NCBI GenBank assembly: GCA_963796455.1
Contig: CAWCLO010000001.1
Location: 1-64,000 of the forward strand
Source of the DNA: Candidatus Sulfomarinibacteraceae bacterium
GTDB lineage: Bacteria; Acidobacteriota; Thermoanaerobaculia; Thermoanaerobaculales; Sulfomarinibacteraceae
Length of the DNA stretch: 64,000 bases
Direction: 5' to 3'
The position numbers and the translations under genes were made by a program. The notes below the pieces were generated by a model that was given only the letters and a program-made list of their open reading frames with translations, was not told where the DNA came from and searched no databases. Of this stretch, positions 17,882 through 27,616 are shown one piece after another (position 1 is the stretch's first letter; every line of letters begins with the position of its first letter).

Positions 17882-18985
17882 TTACGCGTCGTTACTGTGA
17901 TGATCCGAATTTACGGTCGGTTTGACAGAAGCTGTTCGAAGCTCCCGATCGTCTCGTGGAGGTCCTGTGGTTGAACGCACGATCAATTCCGGCGCCACAA
18001 CCTCGTGACTCGGCTCCGTTCGTTCGCCGGTGATCCGTTCAGTGAGGCGGTCGACCGCGGACCGGCCCATGTCGTCACCCGGCTGGTGAATCGTGGTCAA
18101 CGAGATATGCCGCAGCGCCGCCAGCAGGTTGTTGTCATAACCGACCAACGAGATGTCGCCCGGAATCGTGAGATCCGCCTCTTCGAGGGCGTTCATGGCT
18201 CCGATGGCGCAGAGGTCGTTGGAGGCAAAGATCGCCGTTGGCATCTCTTTCATCTTGAGGAGCTCCAGCCCGCCTTTGTATCCGCCCTCCTCGGTGTGGC
18301 GGCCCTCGATGGTCACGACAAAATCCTCGAGCCCGAACTCCCGCATGGCACGGAGATATCCCTTGTACCGGGTGCGTGCACCGGCACCCACTCCACCCGA
18401 GATAAAAGCGATGTGGCGGTGGCCAAAGCTCACGCAGTGTTCAACCGCCAAAAAGGCCCCGGCGATATTGTCATTGCCGACACTGTCGCTCGAGTCATCA
18501 TAGGTGTGGCGGTTGAGCACCACGACCGGTACCGATCTTCCGGCATCGGCGATGACCTGTTCGTCGACTCGCGGCGAGGCGAGGATCAGACCGTCGACCC
18601 GAAACTCGAGCAGGCTCTCGATGGCAGTCTCCTCCATCACAGCTTCACGGTCGCCGGTATTGAAGAGAACCCGGTAGCCGAGTTCCGCGGCTCGTTCCTG
18701 GATTCCGGAAACCACATCGCTGAAAAACGGGTTGCGGAGGTTGGAAATCATCACCCCGAGGATCCGCGTCCGGCGCTCGACCAGGCTCCGCGCCATCACG
18801 TTCGGGCGGTAGTTCAGCTCCTTGATGGCATCGAGAACGGCCGCGCGGCTGTCCTCGCTGACTCCCTCTTCGCCGCGAGTGACCATTGAGACCAGGGATT
18901 TCGAGACGCCGGCAACCCTCGCAACATCAAGAATCGTTGGGCTTGGTTGCGACGATGCCTTGCGGCCTTTGCCTCGTGGTGACAC
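17882..18985 (-). CDS. LacI-family transcriptional regulator
   Basis: TILDVARVAGVSKSLVS HTH; LNYRPN; IFASND; LTTIHQP. Confidence 0.95.
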   Translation of the reverse strand: MSPRGKGRKASSQPSPTILDVARVAGVSKSLVSMVTRGEEGVSEDSRAAVLDAIKELNYRPNVMARSLVERRTRILGVMISNLRNPFFSDVVSGIQERAAELGYRVLFNTGDREAVMEETAIESLLEFRVDGLILASPRVDEQVIADAGRSVPVVVLNRHTYDDSSDSVGNDNIAGAFLAVEHCVSFGHRHIAFISGGVGAGARTRYKGYLRAMREFGLEDFVVTIEGRHTEEGGYKGGLELLKMKEMPTAIFASNDLCAIGAMNALEEADLTIPGDISLVGYDNNLLAALRHISLTTIHQPGDDMGRSAVDRLTERITGERTEPSHEVVAPELIVRSTTGPPRDDRELRTASVKPTVNSDHHSNDA

Positions 18986-19019
18986 TTGACTTCGCTCCGT
19001 TCAAGCATTATGTTCCAAT

Positions 19020-19075
19020 TGGAACGTTCCAGAATGTATGTCATGGAACGCAGAATTGCAAGCTGGAACGTTCCA
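19020..19075. promoter_or_regulatory. Two LacI-type operators TGGAACGTTCCA
   Basis: Perfect 12-bp palindromes with central CG at 19020-19031 and 19064-19075, between divergent lacI and TBDR. Confidence 0.8.
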
Positions 19076-19232
19076 TTCGAATCGCAGGTGTCGTGAATCA
19101 GTTAATCGGAGGATCTCAATTCGATGAATTCAGAGGGTTCGATCACTCGCTCTCGCCCGGAGTGGGAGGCTCGTCGGTGAGAGCAGAAAAATCTAATCAT
19201 CATCACGGTGCGAAAAACCAAGGGAGGTAGCG

Positions 19233-21926
19233 ATGGCGTCCTTGAAGGAATATCGGTATATGGCACTCATGGCCCTGTTTATTATTACGGTTTTTCTGCC
19301 TGGAATTGCCGTCGCGCAGGGCAACGGTACCGTTCAGGGCACCGTCACCGGTCCCGCGGGTGCCGTGATTTCTGATGTCCGGGTCACCGTGGACGGCACC
19401 AATCTGTCGGCCACGACCAATATCAGTGGTTTTTTCAGTATTCCTGCGGTTCCGGCTGGTGAGCACACACTGAATTTCTCCTATCTCGGGCTGCAGTCGG
19501 CAACCGCGACCACGACCGTCGAGGCCGGCGCAACCGTCACTCTCGACACCACGCTGACGTTTATCGGCGAGATCGAAGTTCGTGGTTCACCACTCCTGGT
19601 CGGCCAGGCGAGAGCGCTCAACCGCCAGAAGAACGCGATCAATATCTCCAATATCGTCGCGGCCGATCAGATCGGGCGATTCCCGGACAAAAACGCCTCT
19701 GAAGCAACGCAGAGAATCCCCGGCGTCAGCCTGCTGCGCGACCAGGGTGAAGGCCGCTATGTGATGGTTCGAGGCACCGAGGCCCGGCTCAATTCGACCA
19801 CCATCAACGGCGAGCGCATCCCCTCCCCCGAGTCCGGTCAACGCAACGTCGCCCTCGACACCATCCCGGCGGACCTGTTGGGCTCGATCGAGGTCTCGAA
19901 GGCCCTGACCCCGGACATGGACGGCGACTCGATCGGCGGCACGGTTGATCTCGTGACCCTGCGCGCACCCGAGGAAATGCGGGTCAGCGCTTCACTCGGA
20001 ACGGTTTACACCTCACTGATGGAGGAGACTGCACCCACCGCTCAGGCAACTTTTGGCACCCGTTTCGGAAACGAAAAGAAATGGGGTCTGATCGCATCGG
20101 CCAGCTACGCCGACCGCAAGGGCGGCTCCGACAACATCGAGCCTGAGTACGACGACGGCGACCTCGGTGTTCTCGAATTTCGTGACTACACGGTCCGCCG
20201 GCAGCGGACCGGTGTGACCGCCGACCTCGACTATCAATTCTCGCACCGTGCCAACTACTTCCTGCGCGGGTTGTGGACCAACTACGTCGACACCGAGACC
20301 CGGCGCGCGAAGGGCAACGTGGTCGAAGACGGCGAGATCGAAAGAGCGATCAAGGATCGTGAACAGGAGTCGTTTATCAACTCCCTCAGCTTTGGCGGAG
20401 AAAACACTCTCGGAACTTCCATGGTCATGGACTACCGCTTGATGTGGAACAAGTCGCAGGAGGAGACTCCGAATCAGGTCACCTCGGGCTTCATCCAGGA
20501 GGACGTGGAGTTTGTAACCAACGTCAGCCCCGGAAACATCGACCCCAACAACATCCAGGCCGTTCCGCTCAACGAGGATCCTGCCGAGTTCTGGTTTGAC
20601 GAACTCGAGACCGAATACAAAAAAGCGGTCGAGGAAGACATCGTCGGCGCCATCAATTTCACCCAGGGCTTTTACAAAAACGAAGGCTTCAGCGGTCTCT
20701 GGAAGTTTGGCGCCAAGGCCAGGTTCAAGACCAAGGACCAGGGTTACGAAGTATTTGTTTACGAGGCAGAAGACGATCTCAACATGGTACCGTTCCTGAG
20801 TAATTGGAATTCCGAAACGCCGTTCTTCATGGGACGCTACGGAGACCAGATCGTTCCGTTCCAGGACCCCGACGGTATGAGGGATCTGCTCGCCAGCGGA
20901 ACCCTCGAGGGTGAAAAGGACCTCGAGTCGGATCTCGCAGACTTCGAGACAACTGAGGATACCCTGGCAGCCTACGGCATGGGCGAGTTCATTTTCGGCG
21001 CGAAGACGACGTTCCTCGCCGGCATCCGTGTCGAGGACACCAAGACCGAGTACATGGCCTACGAACTGCTCGTCGACGAGGAGGGCGACGAGTTCGTGTC
21101 TCCGGTCACGGGTGACAAAAAGTACACAGAGTGGCTGCCCCAGTTCCACCTGGTCTACAAGACCGGTGACAGGAGCCAGCTTCGCGCCGCCATCACCCGC
21201 AGCCTGGCAAGGCCAAACTTCGAGGACCAGGCTCCATGGAGATATGTCAACCTCGAGGACCGTGAGATCGAACTCGGGAACCCGGACCTCGACGTCACCA
21301 CCGCCTGGAACTATGACCTGATGTGGGAGCAGTACCTCGATCCGGTTGGAATCCTTTCGGCCGGCGTCTTCTACAAGCAGCTCACCAACTACGTTTTTCT
21401 GTACCAGGTTGACGAGATCTACGAAGGCGAAGAGGTCGAGGTCATCCAACCTCGCAACGGAGAAAGCGCCACCCTGACGGGCTTCGAGATCGCCTTTCAA
21501 AATCAGTTCAGCAACTGGCGAGGTGGTTGGGGGGGTCTCGGGTTCTTTGCGAACTACACCTACGCTGACTCCACCGCCAAATATCCCGATCGGGAATCGG
21601 GGACGCTCCCCGGCCAGTCGAAGCACACCGGAAATATCGCCTTATCCTATGAGAAATACGGTATCTCGACCCGTCTGTCCTACAACTTCAACGGCAAGAA
21701 TCTCATCGAAGTTGGAGGGGACCCGGAAGAGGACCTCTACGTCGATGACCACGCCCAGCTCGACTTTCTTTTCAGAGTCCAGGTATCGAAGAAATTCAGC
21801 ATCGTCCTCGAGGCCATCAACATCACCGACGAGCCCTACACCATCTTCGAGGGCACAAAAGACATGATTCGCCAGCAGGAGATCTACGGTTGGTGGGCGA
21901 CCCTTGGCGTGAGGTTCGATCTGTAA
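19233..21926 (+). CDS. TonB-dependent receptor (phytase-associated type)
   Basis: Signal peptide, carboxypeptidase-like N-domain, plug (IGRFPDKNASEATQRIPGV..GEGRYV), C-terminal LGVRFDL. Confidence 0.93.
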   Translation: MASLKEYRYMALMALFIITVFLPGIAVAQGNGTVQGTVTGPAGAVISDVRVTVDGTNLSATTNISGFFSIPAVPAGEHTLNFSYLGLQSATATTTVEAGATVTLDTTLTFIGEIEVRGSPLLVGQARALNRQKNAINISNIVAADQIGRFPDKNASEATQRIPGVSLLRDQGEGRYVMVRGTEARLNSTTINGERIPSPESGQRNVALDTIPADLLGSIEVSKALTPDMDGDSIGGTVDLVTLRAPEEMRVSASLGTVYTSLMEETAPTAQATFGTRFGNEKKWGLIASASYADRKGGSDNIEPEYDDGDLGVLEFRDYTVRRQRTGVTADLDYQFSHRANYFLRGLWTNYVDTETRRAKGNVVEDGEIERAIKDREQESFINSLSFGGENTLGTSMVMDYRLMWNKSQEETPNQVTSGFIQEDVEFVTNVSPGNIDPNNIQAVPLNEDPAEFWFDELETEYKKAVEEDIVGAINFTQGFYKNEGFSGLWKFGAKARFKTKDQGYEVFVYEAEDDLNMVPFLSNWNSETPFFMGRYGDQIVPFQDPDGMRDLLASGTLEGEKDLESDLADFETTEDTLAAYGMGEFIFGAKTTFLAGIRVEDTKTEYMAYELLVDEEGDEFVSPVTGDKKYTEWLPQFHLVYKTGDRSQLRAAITRSLARPNFEDQAPWRYVNLEDREIELGNPDLDVTTAWNYDLMWEQYLDPVGILSAGVFYKQLTNYVFLYQVDEIYEGEEVEVIQPRNGESATLTGFEIAFQNQFSNWRGGWGGLGFFANYTYADSTAKYPDRESGTLPGQSKHTGNIALSYEKYGISTRLSYNFNGKNLIEVGGDPEEDLYVDDHAQLDFLFRVQVSKKFSIVLEAINITDEPYTIFEGTKDMIRQQEIYGWWATLGVRFDL

Positions 21927-21947
21927 GTAAATACAACGACTTGAAGT

Positions 21948-21975
21948 AATCCCCGGGGCATCCGCCCCGGGGATT
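21948..21975 (+). terminator. Stem-loop after the TBDR gene (terminator or mRNA stabiliser)
   Basis: AATCCCCGGGGC-ATCC-GCCCCGGGGATT 12-bp stem; weak U tract. Confidence 0.55.
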
Positions 21976-22073
21976 GCCCGGACTTTCTTATTGACAAGGG
22001 AGTGACCTCCTGCCACGGGTGTCGAAAAAAACGAAACAAGAATGGTTATCAATCTCTGGGAGGCAGCAGGCTG

Positions 22074-23102
22074 ATGCAACAGATCACGCTAGGAGTCATC
22101 GGGGCCGGACGGATCGGCAGGATGCACACCGAAAATCTTGTCCACGCCGTGCCCGAGGCGAAGGTCAAGGCGGTCGCAAGCCCCCATGTCGACCATGATT
22201 GGGCGCGATCGCTCGCGATCCCCATCCGGTCGACCGACAATGAAGCGGTATTCGACGACCCGGAAATCGACGCAGTGGTCATTGCCGCACCCTCCGGCCT
22301 GCATTGTCAGTTGATCACAGAGGCTGCCGCGGCCGGAAAACACGTTTTTTGTGAGAAGCCGCTGTCGCTCGAACCCGGTCCGATCAAAGAGGTGCTTCAG
22401 ACCGTGCAGGAAGCCGGGACGCTGCTTCAGGTCGGCTTCAACCGGCGCACCGATCCGAGCGTCCTCGATATGAGCCATGCCATACGCGACGGGCAGATCG
22501 GCGAGATCCACACGCTGCAGGTCACAAACCGCGATCCCAAAGCGCCTCCTATCGATTTCGTCAAACGATCAGGTGGCATCTTCCTGGATTTTCTGATCCA
22601 CGATTTCGACACCCTCCGGTTTCTTTCGGGCAGCGAGATCGCCGAGGTCTATGCAATCGGCGGCGTGCTCATCGATCCCGAGATCGGCGCCGCCGGTGAC
22701 ATCGACACCGCGGTGGTCACGGCTCGCCTCTCCAACGGAGCGCTGGCTGTGATCGATGCCAGCCGGCAGGCGGTCTACGGCTACGACCAGCGTTTCGAGG
22801 TCTTCGGCTCCAAAGGCAGTGTCGCCGTCAAAAACACCAGCCCGAGCACGCGCACCGTGAGTTCCACCGGCGGTGTCGTCGGACGAGTGCCCCACGACGG
22901 ATTTGTCAGCCGCTACCGCGAGGCCTTCGTCTCAGAAGTCCGCGCGTTTCTCGCCGCCGTTCGGGGCGACGCCCCGGTCGTCGCCGGAGGCGAGGATGCC
23001 CTTGCCGCGGTGAGAGCCGCGGTTGCAGCACGTGAGTCCTTTCAAGAGCAACGGCCGGTGCGTCTGGCCTCCTCCACCGCAATGACGTCTGGGAGCAACT
23101 GA
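22074..23102 (+). CDS. iolG: Inositol 2-dehydrogenase-like (Gfo/Idh/MocA)
   Basis: GAGRIG, FCEKP, VGFNRR, SGGIFLDFLIHDFD, YGYDQRFEVFGSKG. Confidence 0.85.
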   Translation: MQQITLGVIGAGRIGRMHTENLVHAVPEAKVKAVASPHVDHDWARSLAIPIRSTDNEAVFDDPEIDAVVIAAPSGLHCQLITEAAAAGKHVFCEKPLSLEPGPIKEVLQTVQEAGTLLQVGFNRRTDPSVLDMSHAIRDGQIGEIHTLQVTNRDPKAPPIDFVKRSGGIFLDFLIHDFDTLRFLSGSEIAEVYAIGGVLIDPEIGAAGDIDTAVVTARLSNGALAVIDASRQAVYGYDQRFEVFGSKGSVAVKNTSPSTRTVSSTGGVVGRVPHDGFVSRYREAFVSEVRAFLAAVRGDAPVVAGGEDALAAVRAAVAARESFQEQRPVRLASSTAMTSGSN

Positions 23103-24097
23103 TGAGAGAGATCACCACCGGAATTCTCGGTGCCGGTCGTATCGGCAAACTGCACACGGACAACCTGCTTGCCATGGAGGGAGTGCGGGTCAAAACGATC
23201 GCGGATCCGTTTTTGAAACCGGAGGACTGGAGTGGCCGCGGCGTCATTCCGACCCTCGAACCGGAAGACGTGATCAACGACCCCGAGATCGAAGCAGTAT
23301 TGATCTGCTCACCGACTCCGACGCACGCACCGTTGACCGAGGCCGCCGCCAAGGCCGGAAAACACATCTTCTGCGAAAAACCAATCGATCTGGATCCGGG
23401 GCGCATCCGGGGGACTCTCGACGTGGTCGATCAGGCCGGCGTCAAACTCCAGGTCGGATTCAACCGGCGCTTCGATCCGACCTTCGCCCGGGTCCGACGC
23501 GCTGTGGTGGATGGCGAAGTGGGCGACATCCATATCGTCAAGATCACCTCTCGAGACCCCGAGGCGCCACCAGTGTCCTACGTCGAAACTTCGGGCGGCA
23601 TTTTTCTCGATATGACCATTCACGATTTCGACATGGTTCGCTTTTTGACCGGCAGTGAGGTCGAGGAGGTGCACGTCATGGGGGCCGTCCTGATCGACCC
23701 GGCAATCGGCGAAGCCGGGGATATCGACACTGCGGTCACAACCCTCAAAATGGCCAATGGCGCATTGGCGGTGATCGAGAACAGCCGCCAGGCGGTTTAT
23801 GGTTATGATCAGCGGGTCGAGGTCTTTGGTTCGAAGGGAAGCGCCGAGGCCGCCAACGAAACCGCCAACCGCGTCACCCTGAGCACTGTGGACGGCGTCG
23901 GCTCCGACACCCCCCTCTACTTCTTTCTCGAGCGCTATCAGGCATCCTTCAATGCCGAGCTCGAGGCATTCTTCGACTGCGTCCGCGAAGACCGGGAACC
24001 GCCGGTCGGTGGACGCGATGGGTTGATGTCGGTTCTGATCGGGCTCGCGGCTGGTCAATCGCTCGCCGAAAACCGTCCGGTGCGGGTGGAGAACTGA
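23102..24097 (+). CDS. iolG: Inositol 2-dehydrogenase (second paralog)
   Basis: GAGRIG, FCEKP, GFNRRFD, ITSRDP, SGGIFLDMTIHDFD. Confidence 0.88.
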   Translation: MREITTGILGAGRIGKLHTDNLLAMEGVRVKTIADPFLKPEDWSGRGVIPTLEPEDVINDPEIEAVLICSPTPTHAPLTEAAAKAGKHIFCEKPIDLDPGRIRGTLDVVDQAGVKLQVGFNRRFDPTFARVRRAVVDGEVGDIHIVKITSRDPEAPPVSYVETSGGIFLDMTIHDFDMVRFLTGSEVEEVHVMGAVLIDPAIGEAGDIDTAVTTLKMANGALAVIENSRQAVYGYDQRVEVFGSKGSAEAANETANRVTLSTVDGVGSDTPLYFFLERYQASFNAELEAFFDCVREDREPPVGGRDGLMSVLIGLAAGQSLAENRPVRVEN

Positions 24098-25446
24098 TGA
24101 ACCCCTTCCGCAGATTCAAGACCGGTCAGGATCAGCCGCTGATTGAAGACAAGAATGTGGTCGACGCGCTTTACAAGCGCCACCGTCTTCGCATCATGCT
24201 CGCGATCACCATCGGCTACGGCATCGTCTATACCTGTCGTCTCGCTTTGTCCATGGTCAAGAAGCCGCTCATCGATGGCGGAATCTTCACCCCGGTGGAA
24301 CTCGGGATCATCGGTTCCGCACTCTTCTACACTTACGCTTTCGGCAAGCTCACCAACGGCTTTCTCGCCGACCACATGAACCTCAAATTCTTCTTTGCCT
24401 TCGGGGTCCTGGTCTCGGCGCTGATCAACATCGGGATGGGTTTTTCGACCATCTTGTGGGTGTCGGTCCTCCTCTGGGGTCTCAACGGTTGGTTCCAGGG
24501 CTTCGGCGCACCATCCGGTGCGGTGGCCATGGCCAACTGGTTTTCAAATAACGAACGGGGCCGCATGTACGGGATCTGGAGCACGGCCCACGCCATTGGC
24601 GAGGGCCTCACCTTTGTCGGCGTCGCCGCTCTCGTCACCCTGTGGGGATGGCGAGCGGGATTCTGGGGCCCGGGTGTGCTGTGCATCGTGGTGGCCGGGG
24701 TCCTCTATGTGATGATGCAGGACCGCCCGCAGACCTTTGGTCTGCCGAGAGTCGCTGTATGGAGGAATGACTTCGTCAGTTCCGATGAGAGCAGCAAAGA
24801 CAACAAAGAATCAACCTGGGCCGTCCAGCGGACCATCCTCAAAATCCCCGCGATTTGGGTTCTGGCGCTCGCGAGCGCGTCGATCTATGTGACCCGCTAC
24901 GCCATCAACAGCTGGGGTGTGCTCTACCTCCAGGAGGCCAAGGGCTACACGCTGATGCAGGCGGGCAGCGTCATCTCGGTCAACACCATCGCCGGCATCC
25001 TCGGTGCGCTGGCATTCGGTTTTGCTTCCGACAAGCTCTTCAACGCTCGCCGGCCGCCGACAAATATGATCTTTGCGGCCATGGAGATCATCGGCCTGCT
25101 GATGGTCTTCTTCGGACCCAGTAACAACCTGCCGTTCATGACGGTTTCGTTCTTTATCTACGGATTCGGCCTGACGGGCCTCGTGACCTCTCTCGGTGGT
25201 CTTTTCGCCCTCGACATCGCGCCCAAACGGGCGGCCGGAGCGGCCATGGGATTCATCGGGGTCTTCTCCTACATCGGCGCCGCCCTCCAGGATCAGATCA
25301 GCGGCCATCTCATCGAGAACGGCGTCACCATGATCGATGGCGTTCGACACTACGACTTCTCCGCAGTGATCTGGTTCTGGATCGGGTCATCGGTGCTGTC
25401 ATTCATTCTGGCCACTTCCCTGTGGCGCGTGCGGATGAGGGACTGA
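24097..25446 (+). CDS. MFS organophosphate:Pi antiporter family (GlpT/UhpC-like)
   Basis: YTCRLALS, NGWFQGFG, NWFSNNERG..WSTAHAIG, KRAAGAAMGFIGVFSYIG. Confidence 0.88.
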   Translation: MNPFRRFKTGQDQPLIEDKNVVDALYKRHRLRIMLAITIGYGIVYTCRLALSMVKKPLIDGGIFTPVELGIIGSALFYTYAFGKLTNGFLADHMNLKFFFAFGVLVSALINIGMGFSTILWVSVLLWGLNGWFQGFGAPSGAVAMANWFSNNERGRMYGIWSTAHAIGEGLTFVGVAALVTLWGWRAGFWGPGVLCIVVAGVLYVMMQDRPQTFGLPRVAVWRNDFVSSDESSKDNKESTWAVQRTILKIPAIWVLALASASIYVTRYAINSWGVLYLQEAKGYTLMQAGSVISVNTIAGILGALAFGFASDKLFNARRPPTNMIFAAMEIIGLLMVFFGPSNNLPFMTVSFFIYGFGLTGLVTSLGGLFALDIAPKRAAGAAMGFIGVFSYIGAALQDQISGHLIENGVTMIDGVRHYDFSAVIWFWIGSSVLSFILATSLWRVRMRD

Positions 25447-25454
25447 AGGAAATC

Positions 25455-26372
25455 ATGACTGAAACAACTCAAACATTCGATGTCGCCACACTCGGCAACT
25501 ACACCAAAGACACGATCGTCACCAAGGCCGGAACCCAGTATGCCGACGGGGGCGGGGTCACCTATTCGGCTCATGCGGCCAAAACCCTCGGCCGCGATGT
25601 TGCAGCGATCACCCGACTGGCTGCGGAAGATTTTCACGTGGTCCGCTCGCTCGAGGAGGCGGGGATCACCGTCTTCGCCACCACCACTCCAAGTTCTACG
25701 CTGATGCGGCTCGAGTACCCGACGGACAACCCCGACGAGCGCATCTTGACTGTGGCCGGCACTGCCGGCTCATTCACCCCCGAACAGGTTCGCCCGATCG
25801 AAGCCAAGGCATTCATCATCAGCCCCTCGATACGGGGCGAGGTTCCGATCGAAACAATTCAGGAGCTGCGCACCAAGAGCGCCTTGATCAGCGCCGACGC
25901 CCAGGGGTTCATCCGCGTCCGCAGACCCGACCACCGGCTCGAACACGTAGCCTGGCCGGAGCAGGAAGAGGTTCTGGCCTTGGTGGACATCCTCAAGGCG
26001 GATGTGGTCGAGGCCGAAGCCCTCACCGGGGAACCGGACATGAAACGCGCCGCGCAAGCTTTGGCGGCACAGGGACCCCGCGAGATCGTCATCACCCACC
26101 GCGACGGGATCGTTGTCCTCGCAGACGGACAGTTCTTCGAGGAAGAGTTCCATGCCCAGTCGATGCTGGGACGGAGCGGTCGCGGCGACACCTGCGTCGG
26201 CTCCTATGTGGCGTCGAGGCTCGAGCTCCCACCTGCAGAGGCGATCGTGTGGTCGGTCGCCACCACGAGTTTAAAGGTTGAAACGCCGGGACCGATCCGG
26301 CGTTCCTACGAGGAGATCGTGGATCTCATCGAAAGAAAATACAAAGGAGTGTTTTCGCCGGAATGCTCATAG
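25455..26372 (+). CDS. PfkB-family kinase, myo-inositol kinase-like (resembles Thermotoga TM0415-type)
   Basis: GGGVTY, ISADAQGFIRV, GRSGRGDTC motifs; inositol gene context. Confidence 0.75.
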   Translation: MTETTQTFDVATLGNYTKDTIVTKAGTQYADGGGVTYSAHAAKTLGRDVAAITRLAAEDFHVVRSLEEAGITVFATTTPSSTLMRLEYPTDNPDERILTVAGTAGSFTPEQVRPIEAKAFIISPSIRGEVPIETIQELRTKSALISADAQGFIRVRRPDHRLEHVAWPEQEEVLALVDILKADVVEAEALTGEPDMKRAAQALAAQGPREIVITHRDGIVVLADGQFFEEEFHAQSMLGRSGRGDTCVGSYVASRLELPPAEAIVWSVATTSLKVETPGPIRRSYEEIVDLIERKYKGVFSPECS

Positions 26373-26433
26373 GGACACAACGGGCGTCGCATCGATTCAG
26401 CTGCACCCGTAAAACTTCAAGGAGGATCGGATC

Positions 26434-27591
26434 ATGAAAGGTATGGTTTTAGACGCGAAATGGGACCCGAAGCCTGATTACAAAGTTTCGGATTGGGAGA
26501 AAAAGACCGGTAAGGCGATTACCGGAAACGCCATCTGGCACAACCCCACCCTCGAGGTGCGCGAGTGGCCGGATCCGAAGCCGGGACCGCAAGAAGTCCT
26601 GCTCGAGATCCAGGCGTGCGGCGTCTGCGGTTCGGACATGCACTTTTTCGAGACCGACAAGGACAACTACATCCTCTACCCCGGCCTGACCAAGTTCCCG
26701 ACCATCCTCGGTCACGAGTTCTCGGGCAAGGTCGTCGAGGTCGGCAAGGAAGTCACACTGCTGCAACCTGGCGACATGGTGACCGTCGAAGAGATGATCT
26801 GGTGCGGTCGCTGCATCCCCTGCCGCAACGGCTACCCCAACCACTGCACCAATCTCGAGGAGATCGGCTTTACGATCCCCGGTGCATTTGCCAACTTCAT
26901 CGCGGTCGACGAGAAATTCTGCTGGAAAATTGACGCCATCGCCGAGCGCGTCGGTAGCGAAGAGAAGGCCTATGAGTTGGCTGCCCTGACCGAACCGACC
27001 TGCGTCGCCTACAACGCCATGTTCGAGCGGGCCGGCGGCTTCCGGCCTGGTCACTACGTCAGCGTCTTCGGAGCCGGGGCGATCGGGCTTGCCGCCATCG
27101 CGCTCGCCAAGGCCGCAGGAGCGAGCACCATCGTCGCCTTCGAGGTCTCACCGCAGCGGCGGGAGCTTGCGGCACAGGTGGGGGCCGATTTTGTCTACGA
27201 CCCGCGCGAAGTGCCCGCCGGTGAGGCGCTCATGCAGCACAGCAAGGGCGAAGGCTTCAACTTCCACGTCGAGGCGGCCGGGGTTCCCGAGATCATCATT
27301 CCGCAAATGGAGGAGGCCCTCGCGATCAACTCCAAGGTCGTCCAGATCGGCCGCGCCGCAAAACGCGTCCCGATGTATCTCGAAGCGTTCCAGGTCCGGC
27401 GCGCCCAGGCCTATGGAGCCCAGGGCCACTCGGGCCACGAGACCTTCCCCAACGTGATTCGAATGGTGGCCTCGGGGCGCATCGATCTGAGCCCGATCAT
27501 CACGGCGAAGTACGGGCTTGCAGACACGGTGGCCGCGATCGAGAAATCGATGGACCGGACCGACGGCAAAATCCTGGTCAAACCCAACTGA
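26434..27591 (+). CDS. iolM: Zn-dependent dehydrogenase, scyllo-inosose 3-dehydrogenase-like
   Basis: CGVCGSD, YPGLTKFPTILGHE, EEMIWCGRCIPC..GYPNHC, GAQGHSGH; context with iolN/iolO. Confidence 0.82.
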   Translation: MKGMVLDAKWDPKPDYKVSDWEKKTGKAITGNAIWHNPTLEVREWPDPKPGPQEVLLEIQACGVCGSDMHFFETDKDNYILYPGLTKFPTILGHEFSGKVVEVGKEVTLLQPGDMVTVEEMIWCGRCIPCRNGYPNHCTNLEEIGFTIPGAFANFIAVDEKFCWKIDAIAERVGSEEKAYELAALTEPTCVAYNAMFERAGGFRPGHYVSVFGAGAIGLAAIALAKAAGASTIVAFEVSPQRRELAAQVGADFVYDPREVPAGEALMQHSKGEGFNFHVEAAGVPEIIIPQMEEALAINSKVVQIGRAAKRVPMYLEAFQVRRAQAYGAQGHSGHETFPNVIRMVASGRIDLSPIITAKYGLADTVAAIEKSMDRTDGKILVKPN

Positions 27592-27616
27592 GACGGACCA
27601 GGGACAGGAGAGAGAA

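Noticed and set aside
21991..22025. Internal sigma-70 promoter before iolG
   Set aside because: TTGACA present but no convincing -10 at the proper spacing
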